Positions 1-7,593 of a stretch of DNA of 40,029 nucleotides are shown here, one piece after another (within the stretch, counting starts at the first letter, position 1; each line of letters starts with the position of its first letter). This stretch comes from an uncultured bacterium (GTDB lineage: Bacteria > Patescibacteriota > Patescibacteriia > CAIQCM01), in NCBI GenBank assembly GCA_963708045.1, contig OY970181.1:845537-885565 (forward strand), written 5' to 3'. Under the pieces are notes generated by a model. It saw nothing but the letters and a program-made list of their open reading frames with translations, was not told the DNA's origin and searched no databases. The position numbers were made by a program, and so were the translations under genes.

Positions 1-2
1 AG

Positions 3-395
3 AATGTTCGCGTTGGTTATTATAGCCAGGATTTTTCAACGCTCAATCCTGAAGAAAAGGCGTATGACTATTTGTTGGGGGTTATGGAAAAATACGATGA
101 ACAAAAACTGCGTTCCACCGCCGCTGGCTTTTTGCTTGACGGCAAGGCACTTGGAAATAAAATTGGTGGTCTTTCTGAAGGACAAAAAGGATTGCTCGTT
201 TTTACGTCGCTTGTTTTAATGCGCCCGGGACTGCTTATTCTGGACGAACCAACCAACCATATTAATTTTAGACATTTGCCGATCATCGCCAAAGCGCTTA
301 ATGATTTTGAAGGCGCGCTTTTGATGGTTAGCCATATTCCGGATTTTGTTTCGCAAATTCGGATTGATACGACGATTGATTTGGCAAAACTTTAG
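3..395 (+). CDS. ABC-F family ATP-binding protein, C-terminal part (5' end outside window)
   Basis: Frame is open from base 3 (NVRVGYYSQDFSTLNPEE...). It has the signature LSEGQK, Walker B LLILDEPTNH and H-loop LMVSH of the second ABC domain of ABC-F proteins. Confidence 0.85.
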   Translation, partial: NVRVGYYSQDFSTLNPEEKAYDYLLGVMEKYDEQKLRSTAAGFLLDGKALGNKIGGLSEGQKGLLVFTSLVLMRPGLLILDEPTNHINFRHLPIIAKALNDFEGALLMVSHIPDFVSQIRIDTTIDLAKL

Positions 396-462
396 TTTTT
401 GACGCGCAGACGGTTTGGTTTTGTTTGTGCTATAATATATAACTAATTTTTAAAATACACAT

Positions 463-864
463 ATGAATGGTTTTGTCATAAACTTAGAAAAAGAAACGCT
501 TGATAATAGCGATTATCGTCGCGTGCTTTATACGGGCAAACACAGCCAATTGGTTTTAATGTCACTTAAACCTGGCGAGGAAATTGGGATGGAAACTCAT
601 CATCTAGATCAATTTTTGCGTTTTGAAAAAGGAACGGGCAAAGCGATTTTGGACGGCGTGGAACACGAAATTTCTGACGGTTTTGCTGTTGTTGTGCCGG
701 CCGGAACGCAACATAATTTTATTAATACTTCCGCGACCGAGGTGATGAAACTTTATACGGTCTATTCGCCGCCGGAACACCTTGATGGCATTGTCCGTGC
801 GACCAAAGCCGAAGCCGATAATCCAGCAAACGCAGAAGAGTTTGACGGAAAAACAACGGAGTAA
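463..864 (+). CDS. Cupin domain protein (cupin_2 / mannose-6-phosphate isomerase-like)
   Basis: Cupin motifs GEEIGMETHHLDQFLRFEKG and VVVPAGTQHNFIN. An extended -10 (TGcTATAAT) lies at 428-436. Confidence 0.85.
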   Translation: MNGFVINLEKETLDNSDYRRVLYTGKHSQLVLMSLKPGEEIGMETHHLDQFLRFEKGTGKAILDGVEHEISDGFAVVVPAGTQHNFINTSATEVMKLYTVYSPPEHLDGIVRATKAEADNPANAEEFDGKTTE

Positions 865-880
865 AATTTAATTTTATAAT

Positions 881-919
881 AAAGAAAAGCGCTCTCTAAG
901 ATTGGGCGCTTTTCTTTTT
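881..919 (+). terminator. Intrinsic terminator after the cupin gene
   Basis: Hairpin AAAGAAAAGCGCTC / GGGCGCTTTTCTTT with a U-rich tail. Confidence 0.7.
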
Positions 920-946
920 AGTAAATTTGGTATAAAACAAAGGGGT

Positions 947-2443
947 ATGAATATTATTTCCAAAAAAGGAACCTTGTTAGAAGAAAAAACCGATCTCGCG
1001 GTCGTTGGTGTTTTTGTTGGTACAAAAATTAACGCTGGTAATCTTGGTTTGGCCGACAAAAAACTAGACAATTTAATTTCCAAATTAGCGTTAAACGAAA
1101 ACTTTAATGGAAAACTTGGCGAGAAACTGGCACTGCATACGCACGGGAAACTGTTGGCCGATCGGGTAATGTTAATCGGCCTTGGTGAAAAGAAAAAATT
1201 TAATGCCGAAACAATGCGTCGCGCGGCTGGTTTGGTCGTTAGGTATGCCGATGAAGTGGGTGTAAATAGTATTGTTATGGAAAGCGATTATGGCGTGATT
1301 GGCGCCAAAGAATTATCACAAGCCATAACCGAAGGCGCGCTGCTTGCCGATTATAAATATTTAGTTTTTAAACCGGAAGAAATTACGCGTTTAAAAAAAC
1401 GCGGCTTGGTTGTGTGGACGCTTGTTAACGAAAGTTTGGATAAGGTGCGCGCCGCGGAAAAGGGGATTATGCAAGGTGAAATTTATTCGCGCGCCACCAT
1501 TTATGCACGCGATCTGGTAAATGAGCCTGGTGGCCGAATGACGCCAACGCACCTAAAGGAACATGCCGAGCGCCTAGCTAAGCACAACGATTTAATCAAA
1601 CTTAAGGTTTTAGATAAAACTGCCTGTGAAAAATTAGGAATGCATTCTTTTCTTGCGGTCGCGAGCGGCTCCGACGAGCCGGCATATTTTTTGCATTTAA
1701 CTTATACGCCCGTCAAAACTAAACGCCGCCTTGCTTTGGTCGGGAAAGGTGTAACTTTTGACTCCGGCGGCTTGTCGCTTAAACCGACTTCGTCAATGAT
1801 AAGTATGAAAAGCGATATGGCTGGCGCGGCTGCTCTCCTTGGTGTTTTTTCAGTGTTAGACGATCTTCGTCCAGAAGTGGAAATTCACGGCCTTATTCCG
1901 GCTTGCGAAAATATGCCGTCCGGTAAAGCGATGCGCATTGACGATATTGTTGTCGCGATGAACGGAAAAAGTATTGAAATTACCAATACCGACGCCGAAG
2001 GCCGATTGACGCTTGCTGACGCGCTCGCTTACGCCACTCTTAAAATTAAGCCGGATTGTATTTTTGACCTAGCAACGCTTACTGGGAGCTGTCTTGCGAC
2101 GCTGGGGATGAATGTTGCTGGATTTTTTTGCGCTGACGAGAAAATTTCTAGTCAAATTTTAAATGCCGCAAGTGAGGCTGGTGAACCGATTTGCCCGCTT
2201 CCGTTGTATGAAGATTATTTTGTACAAATGAAAGGTGATCACTCTGACCTGCGTAACGCCGCCGCTAGTCGTTGGGGCGACACTGTTAACGCCGCGCTAT
2301 TTTTAAGGGAATTTGTTGGCGAAACGCCGTGGGCGCACTTGGATTTTGGCGGACCGAGCTATGCGGAAAAAAATAGCACCTCCTATATACCAAAAGGCGG
2401 CACGGGTTTTGGCGTGCGGACGCTCTTGAATTGGATTAAATAA
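947..2443 (+). CDS. pepA: Leucyl aminopeptidase (M17)
   Basis: Motifs VGKGVTFDSGG, MKSDMAG, NTDAEGRL, DLATLTG and WAHLD. Start placed at ATG 947, after AAGGGG. Confidence 0.95.
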   Translation: MNIISKKGTLLEEKTDLAVVGVFVGTKINAGNLGLADKKLDNLISKLALNENFNGKLGEKLALHTHGKLLADRVMLIGLGEKKKFNAETMRRAAGLVVRYADEVGVNSIVMESDYGVIGAKELSQAITEGALLADYKYLVFKPEEITRLKKRGLVVWTLVNESLDKVRAAEKGIMQGEIYSRATIYARDLVNEPGGRMTPTHLKEHAERLAKHNDLIKLKVLDKTACEKLGMHSFLAVASGSDEPAYFLHLTYTPVKTKRRLALVGKGVTFDSGGLSLKPTSSMISMKSDMAGAAALLGVFSVLDDLRPEVEIHGLIPACENMPSGKAMRIDDIVVAMNGKSIEITNTDAEGRLTLADALAYATLKIKPDCIFDLATLTGSCLATLGMNVAGFFCADEKISSQILNAASEAGEPICPLPLYEDYFVQMKGDHSDLRNAAASRWGDTVNAALFLREFVGETPWAHLDFGGPSYAEKNSTSYIPKGGTGFGVRTLLNWIK

Positions 2444-2445
2444 AA

Positions 2446-3048
2446 TTAGTTTTGGAGTGCGGCAAAGGCGGCGTTGGCGGTTTTCCAATTTAGATTTTTC
2501 CAAAAATCGGAAATGTATTTTTTTCTGTCCGAGCCGTAGTCAATAAAGTAGGCATGCTCGTAGACGTCTAAAACAATAATCGGCATTGCGCCCCAAACGC
2601 CGCCCTGGTCGTGAGCGTCGCAGGCGTAAATTTTTAATTCCATCGCCCGCAGGTCATACGCCAACACGATCCAGCCGCGCATGGCCAACGCTGTGGCTGA
2701 AAAAATCGTAGTAAAGCGGTCAATTGTTCCCCATTTGGCAATGATGGCGTTCGCGAGGTCACCGCTTTCTTTCCCGTCGCCGCCCAAACAATCAAAATAT
2801 GCTTCGTGCAGATAAACGCCGTTCGTCGCGAACGTTTCGCCGGCGCGGAGCGCACGCAGTTCGGAATATGATTGGTTAGCCGCGCTCATCGCTTCGGCAT
2901 TGTCGCGCATCGCAATAAGTTTGGTGTTGACTTCGTTCATTTTGGCGACATATCCGGCATAAAGTTTGTCGTGGTGTATCTCCATTGTTTTTTCCGAAAT
3001 CCCGACCAGTTTATTTTTAAAAGGCAACGGCTTGATTTGATAATCCAT
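2446..3048 (-). CDS. Fe/Mn superoxide dismutase family protein
   Basis: Metal-ligand motifs MEIHHDK..AGYV, NGVYLHEAYF and DVYEHAYFIDY. Confidence 0.9.
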   Translation of the reverse strand: MDYQIKPLPFKNKLVGISEKTMEIHHDKLYAGYVAKMNEVNTKLIAMRDNAEAMSAANQSYSELRALRAGETFATNGVYLHEAYFDCLGGDGKESGDLANAIIAKWGTIDRFTTIFSATALAMRGWIVLAYDLRAMELKIYACDAHDQGGVWGAMPIIVLDVYEHAYFIDYGSDRKKYISDFWKNLNWKTANAAFAALQN

Positions 3049-3098
3049 ATTGGTTAATAATTATTAATTATAAATGATTAACTACATTTTATACCTTA

Positions 3099-3128
3099 TT
3101 GACTTTACTCACTAGAAAGTGGTAAATT
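3099..3128 (+). promoter_or_regulatory. Putative sigma70 promoter for the Zn-ribbon gene and thiI
   Basis: TTGACT-18 bp-TAAATT with a TG extension. Confidence 0.5.
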
Positions 3129-3151
3129 ATATTTGTAATTAATCAATAAAT

Positions 3152-3331
3152 ATGGCGTATTCGTGCCAATTTTGCGGGGAAATAGAAGAGGGTGAGGTTG
3201 GCTTTCGCTGTGGCGAGTGCGGCGGCGTTGATATTATCCGTAGCGCCGCGTCAATGTCGTGCCGCGAATGCGCCAAGGCTGAAATAATCCCCGTTTGTCC
3301 AAGTTGCGGATCGGAAGAGTTGGAACAATGA
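3152..3331 (+). CDS. Small double zinc-ribbon protein (59 aa, four CxxC), absent from the ORF track
   Basis: Manual translation: MAYSCQFCGEIEEGEVGFRCGECGGVDIIRSAASMSCRECAKAEIIPVCPSCGSEELEQ*. It has a promoter-like sequence upstream. Confidence 0.8.
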   Translation: MAYSCQFCGEIEEGEVGFRCGECGGVDIIRSAASMSCRECAKAEIIPVCPSCGSEELEQ

Positions 3332-3383
3332 ACCATGAACAGTCCCTAGCGGGAAATGGTTCATGGTAAATGGTTCATGGTCC
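3323..3383. repeat. Inverted heptamer-array element, copy 1 (before thiI)
   Basis: GAACAAT GAACCAT GAACAGT, spacer, then ATGGTTC ATGGTAA ATGGTTC ATGGTCC. Confidence 0.8.
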
Positions 3384-3386
3384 ATT

Positions 3387-4556
3387 ATGAATGATACGAT
3401 TATTTTCCACTATGGCGAGATTGCCCTTAAAACCGGCAATCGTCTTTTTTTTGAAAATAAATTGGCAGAAAATTTGGAACGGATTTTAACGCCTTGCGGC
3501 ATTAATAAAATAAAAATCGTTCGCGGAAAAATTGTTGCCGAGCTTTCGCCAGATGCCGACCTTGAAGCGATCACTACCCGATCAAAATATGTTTTTGGTC
3601 TGGTGCACGGTTTGTTTGCGACAAAAGTTAAAGCCGAAAAAGATGCAATTATTGAAGAGGCGATTAAACTCGTAAAAAACGCAGTAGGTGAAAGTTTTAA
3701 AGTAATCACCAGCCGACAAGACAAAAAGTTTCCAATGACGTCAATGGAAATTAGCGCGCTGGCTGGCGAAAAGATTTTAGACGCGACCGATAAAAAAGTA
3801 AAAATGAAAAACGCCGACATTATTTGCAATATTGAGATTGGCGACAAGAATGCCTATGTGAGTGTGTCGGGTTTTCGCGCATCGGGAGGACTCCCGACTG
3901 GTTCGCAAAAAAATGTTTTAATGATGCTTTCGGGCGGGATTGACTCGCCCGTCGCGGCTTTACGTTTTATGCGGCGCGGGGCGACGGTTTCTGGCGTTCA
4001 TTTCCACAGCTATCCGCAAACCAGTCGTGCCTCGCTGGACAAAGTAAAAGAGCTCGCGTCGGTTATCGGCATACCGCAAGGTGGAATGAAAGTTTTTATG
4101 CTTCCGTTTCTTGAGGTACAAAAAGAGATTGTAAAAAATGCGCCGCCGGAATTGCGCGTCGTTCTTTATCGTCGCTCAATGTTTCGTTTGGCCGAACGAT
4201 TGGCGCAAAAAATCGGCGCGCTCGCGATTGGAACGGGGGAGAGTCTTGGCCAAGTGGCCTCGCAAACGCTAGAAAATATGAGCGCGATAGGTGCCGCCGT
4301 GCAAATGCCTGTGCTCCGACCGCTCTTAGGTTTTGACAAAGAAGAAACAATGAACGAGGCAAAAGTTTTCGGCACTTACGAAATTTCCATTCGCCCGCAC
4401 AACGATTGCTGTTCGTTGTTTCTCCCAGAACACCCCGAAACCCGCGCTAAGTTGGATGTTGTTTTAAATGTTGAAAAAACTATTTTAAATCTTTCTGTTT
4501 TGGAAGATAAATGTCTCGCGGAAATTGAGGAATTAAATATTCCACCAATTTTTTAA
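3387..4556 (+). CDS. thiI: tRNA 4-thiouridine synthase ThiI (THUMP + PP-loop, no rhodanese domain)
   Basis: Motifs HYGEIALK, LSGGIDSPVA, GESLGQVASQTLEN and DCC. Start placed at 3387 because the ATG at 3363 belongs to the heptamer repeat. Confidence 0.95.
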   Translation: MNDTIIFHYGEIALKTGNRLFFENKLAENLERILTPCGINKIKIVRGKIVAELSPDADLEAITTRSKYVFGLVHGLFATKVKAEKDAIIEEAIKLVKNAVGESFKVITSRQDKKFPMTSMEISALAGEKILDATDKKVKMKNADIICNIEIGDKNAYVSVSGFRASGGLPTGSQKNVLMMLSGGIDSPVAALRFMRRGATVSGVHFHSYPQTSRASLDKVKELASVIGIPQGGMKVFMLPFLEVQKEIVKNAPPELRVVLYRRSMFRLAERLAQKIGALAIGTGESLGQVASQTLENMSAIGAAVQMPVLRPLLGFDKEETMNEAKVFGTYEISIRPHNDCCSLFLPEHPETRAKLDVVLNVEKTILNLSVLEDKCLAEIEELNIPPIF

Positions 4557-4570
4557 ATCAACAAAAATTA

Positions 4571-4611
4571 AAAAACGGCAGGTTGGAGCGTAACTCCTTC
4601 CTGCCGTTTTT
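4571..4611. terminator. Bidirectional intrinsic terminator between thiI and the convergent orphan gene
   Basis: AAAAACGGCAGG-TTGGAG-CGTAA-CTCC-TT-CCTGCCGTTTTT. Confidence 0.8.
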
Positions 4612-4636
4612 GTCGAGGCGAAACCTCAACATAGCG

Positions 4637-5332
4637 CTATCTACTAGAGACAATACATTCGGCACTGTCGGGATTGGGGCAATTTTCGCCATCGCGACAT
4701 ATGCCGCAACCGATGCGTTCACAGTCGCCAGCGATCGTCCACTTTCGAAGATCAAAATACCGAATCACTTCACCGTCAACGAGCAGGCGCGGGGTGAATT
4801 GCGTTCGACCCAGTGCTGTCATCATTGACCGTGTCATTGGTTGTCGTCCGACGTGGGTATTGATGTCCCAACCATCCGTGTCGGTTCCAAATTCAAGCTC
4901 AGGAATGCTTGAATCACTAGGAAGTGGATCACCAATAATCCCTAGATCTCTTCCTTTCAAAGTGATCATTATGTAGGTGTAGGTAAGTTTGTTGTTAATG
5001 GGGCGCTGACATCGGATCGTCCCGACCGACGGCAAAATAGTTTCACCTTCGTGATAGACGACACCGCCCAAAACTTTGTTTCCAAATCGTTCGCACACTG
5101 GCCGAACCGCCGCACCGTGTTCGCGACAGACGAAGCGGCCGTTCATCTCACCGGGCGCTGGCGAACAGTTGGTGCTACCCAGAACCTGCCCGATGTTTTG
5201 ACAGTTTGGGGAGGTTGCCGAGTTGGGTTGATGAGGCGACCGACTGAATACTGGATAAGCAGTTACGAACAACACAAGGAGTAACATCATAGCGGCGCTT
5301 TCGTGATCGAATACGAATTTCTTGAATGACAT
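4637..5332 (-). CDS. Hypothetical exported, Cys-rich protein
   Basis: 231-aa ORF with an N-terminal hydrophobic segment and about 10 Cys. It has an AGGAG SD, a promoter-like sequence and a terminator. Confidence 0.7.
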   Translation of the reverse strand: MSFKKFVFDHESAAMMLLLVLFVTAYPVFSRSPHQPNSATSPNCQNIGQVLGSTNCSPAPGEMNGRFVCREHGAAVRPVCERFGNKVLGGVVYHEGETILPSVGTIRCQRPINNKLTYTYIMITLKGRDLGIIGDPLPSDSSIPELEFGTDTDGWDINTHVGRQPMTRSMMTALGRTQFTPRLLVDGEVIRYFDLRKWTIAGDCERIGCGICRDGENCPNPDSAECIVSSR

Positions 5333-5474
5333 GGGAATCTCCTAGCCGTGGCAAGCAGCGTTGAAAAGGACTACATCGTTCATTAGCCAGTGAACGATTG
5401 GGAACAAGTGTTTATGTTCTTTGAAGGAAAATTTCCCTTCAAAAAACACAAAATGCTGGCAATTTTTACTGATT

Positions 5475-5503
5475 AAGATACCACAAAAACACGATTTTGT
5501 CAA
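5475..5503 (-). promoter_or_regulatory. sigma70 promoter for 4637-5332
   Basis: Minus strand reads TTGACA-17 bp-TATCTT with a TG extension. Confidence 0.7.
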
Positions 5504-5551
5504 CTTCCCTAAAGACGATTCGGTGTAAATTAATACATTTTATTATGATCA

Positions 5552-5580
5552 TTGACTTTTTTAGAAGTTCTTGTTAAATT
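5552..5580 (+). promoter_or_regulatory. sigma70 promoter for 5663-6742 (divergent partner)
   Basis: TTGACT-17 bp-TAAATT with a TG extension. The TTG start in the ORF track is this -35 box. Confidence 0.6.
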
Positions 5581-5662
5581 GTGGAGCCGATTTAGACAAG
5601 GTGTTTGTTGCCTTGTTTGGCGGTTTTCTGAAGTAAAACCCAGAGAAAGAGAGGGAAGAAAG

Positions 5663-6742
5663 ATGAGGACGATATTTTTTGTTCTGGCAGTTGGTCTTTT
5701 CATTTCTGGGGTGCGAGCAAATGCTGGCGCCCAAACACCAATAGCGGCTTCTCCGTATGTGGAGACGGTTCCTGCGCCAACGCCGTCCGTTGCTTCGGCA
5801 ACGGTAGTAGCAAGTGAGGCCAAGATTCGCCAGCTCTATCGCAAAATGAATTCGTATCAAAACGATGCGGCGAGCGCCAAGGGCGAGGCTTCGGGCTACA
5901 AGGAGCAACTTTCGGCAACGCAGACCAGCCGCGACGAGGCTTTGGCCGAGAGTGTTCGGTTAAAGAGCCAACTTAAAGTTGACGACGATGCCACTAAGGC
6001 AATGACTCGTCGCTACAACGAACAGATTCAGGTTACCGAAGAGTGGAAAGCGCGCGCGGAAAAAGCCGGCGAGATCAGGACAGCAATCGGGGGACTGGGG
6101 TTTTTGATTTTTATTGTGATTGTTTTGGTCACTGGTTGTTGGCTTTATCTGAGGAGTCGCACGGGAAAGATTCTTGCCTTGCTGCTAGAAGAAGAGAGTA
6201 AAACTGTCGTGGCCCTTCGTAAACAACTTCACGATGCGACAAGATCTCTTTCTGTTGCCGAGCATGCCCTTGCAGACAAGATTACCGAGAATGAAGAAAT
6301 TGAGGTTGCGGGCAGGGCAGTACTTGCAGAGAGTTTGGCAGCACAACGCGAGATTGCACGTCTAAGGGAAGACGTTACCTACTTTATGAATTGCGAAGCA
6401 GGAATGGTGGCTGAAGCCGAACGTCTTCGCATTGCACTCAGGACTGCCAACGACCGTCTTGCTCAAAGTGGGTTAGAAGTGGTGGAGGTTTCTGCTCACG
6501 CAAGCGCGCCGTCGGTTATTGAAGAGGTTGACCCCAACCCCGAAGCGCCTACGGAAACTGACGGACCACCTACGCCGACAGAAGTTGAAACTCATCATGT
6601 GGGAGATGGATCGGAGTTGCTTGTACTCCCACCTCAACTACGTTTCAATATTCCGGTCGTGATTGGGGGAACGCCTGGAACAGGAGAAGACGGAACCACG
6701 CCGGATGTATACGCGCCATCGGCTGGATCAAAGGAAGGCTGA
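5663..6742 (+). CDS. Hypothetical single-pass membrane coiled-coil protein with signal peptide
   Basis: ATG 5663 follows a purine-rich GAGGGA. The product has a signal peptide (MRTIFFVLAVGLFISGVRANA), coiled-coil-like segments on both sides of a TM helix (GGLGFLIFIVIVLVTGCWLYL) and an acidic Pro-rich tail. Confidence 0.75.
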   Translation: MRTIFFVLAVGLFISGVRANAGAQTPIAASPYVETVPAPTPSVASATVVASEAKIRQLYRKMNSYQNDAASAKGEASGYKEQLSATQTSRDEALAESVRLKSQLKVDDDATKAMTRRYNEQIQVTEEWKARAEKAGEIRTAIGGLGFLIFIVIVLVTGCWLYLRSRTGKILALLLEEESKTVVALRKQLHDATRSLSVAEHALADKITENEEIEVAGRAVLAESLAAQREIARLREDVTYFMNCEAGMVAEAERLRIALRTANDRLAQSGLEVVEVSAHASAPSVIEEVDPNPEAPTETDGPPTPTEVETHHVGDGSELLVLPPQLRFNIPVVIGGTPGTGEDGTTPDVYAPSAGSKEG

Positions 6743-6765
6743 AACCGCGACGCGATAAGCGTCAA

Positions 6766-6802
6766 AATGGGTCAAACGGACTGGCAAACCGTTTGACCCA
6801 TT
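6766..6802 (+). terminator. Terminator-like hairpin after the orphan gene
   Basis: Perfect 14-bp stem AATGGGTCAAACGG / CCGTTTGACCCATT, preceded by the small hairpin GACGC-GATAA-GCGTC (6749-6763). Confidence 0.7.
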
Positions 6803-6830
6803 ATTAATTTTTGCATACAGTTAACATAAT

Positions 6831-7508
6831 ATGTTTGGAAATTTATACATTATTGCGACGCCGATTGGGAATATGGAAGATATTACCCTGCGCGCGATTA
6901 AAATTCTGCAAACGGTTGATATTATTTTGGCCGAGGACACGCGAATGACGCGAAAATTGGCCACAGCGTACGGTTTTAAAGCCGAGCTGGTTCGTTTTGA
7001 CGCTCATTCTACCTCGGGCAATATTGAAAAAGTCATCACATTTTTAAAAGAAGGAAAAAATTTAGCGCTCGTAACCGATGCTGGAACGCCGGCAATTTCT
7101 GACCCGGGCGCGTTTTTGGTTTCCGAAGTCGTTCGCGCTCTTAGTAATGAGGCAAAAATTATTACCATCCCGGGCGCGAGTTCGGTAACGGCGGCGCTTT
7201 CTGTTTCCGGATTTAATTCAGACTCATTTACGTTTTTCGGATTTATTCCGCATAAAAAAGGAAGAGCGACAAAGATAAAAGAGATTGCTGAATGTGAGAG
7301 AACCGCCGTTCTTTTTGAATCGCCTCACAGGATAATAAAAACTATTTCCGAGCTATCGGCGATAAGCCCCGAGCGACAAACTGTGGTATGTCGCGAACTT
7401 ACGAAAATGTTTGAAACGGTTTATCGCGGCAAACTTTCCGAGCTTGCGGCGCCGGAAAAAATTCGCGATCAGGGTGAGTTTGTGATTGTCCTCGGCCCGC
7501 AAAAGTGA
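6831..7508 (+). CDS. rsmI: 16S rRNA (cytidine1402-2'-O)-methyltransferase
   Basis: Motifs LYIIATPIGNMEDIT, AEDTR, DAGTPAISDPG, FESPHR and CRELTKMFE. Confidence 0.95.
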   Translation: MFGNLYIIATPIGNMEDITLRAIKILQTVDIILAEDTRMTRKLATAYGFKAELVRFDAHSTSGNIEKVITFLKEGKNLALVTDAGTPAISDPGAFLVSEVVRALSNEAKIITIPGASSVTAALSVSGFNSDSFTFFGFIPHKKGRATKIKEIAECERTAVLFESPHRIIKTISELSAISPERQTVVCRELTKMFETVYRGKLSELAAPEKIRDQGEFVIVLGPQK

Positions 7509-7521
7509 TACATTTACGAAT

Positions 7522-7585
7522 GTACCACGCACCATATACCATGTACCAAACTGATGGTTCATGTTTCATGGTACATGGTTCATGT
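7522..7585. repeat. Inverted heptamer-array element, copy 2 (before metG)
   Basis: GTACCAC GCACCAT ATACCAT GTACCAA, spacer ACTG, then ATGGTTC ATGTTTC ATGGTAC ATGGTTC ATGT. Confidence 0.85.
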
Positions 7586-7593
7586 AAAAAAAT

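Noticed and set aside
3139-3336. 65-aa minus-strand ORF in the track
   Set aside because: It is the antisense shadow of the plus-strand four-CxxC gene, and its ATG comes from the heptamer repeat.
5552-5662. N-terminal extension of ORF 5552-6742
   Set aside because: The TTG is the -35 box. The signal peptide and RBS point to ATG 5663.
6780-6792. GGCAAACC resembling part of a c-di-GMP-I riboswitch
   Set aside because: It lies in the loop of a terminator-like hairpin and the rest of the aptamer is missing.
7522-7585. Possible CRISPR array or DGR repeat
   Set aside because: The units are 7 nt with no unique spacers, and there are no cas or reverse transcriptase genes in the window.
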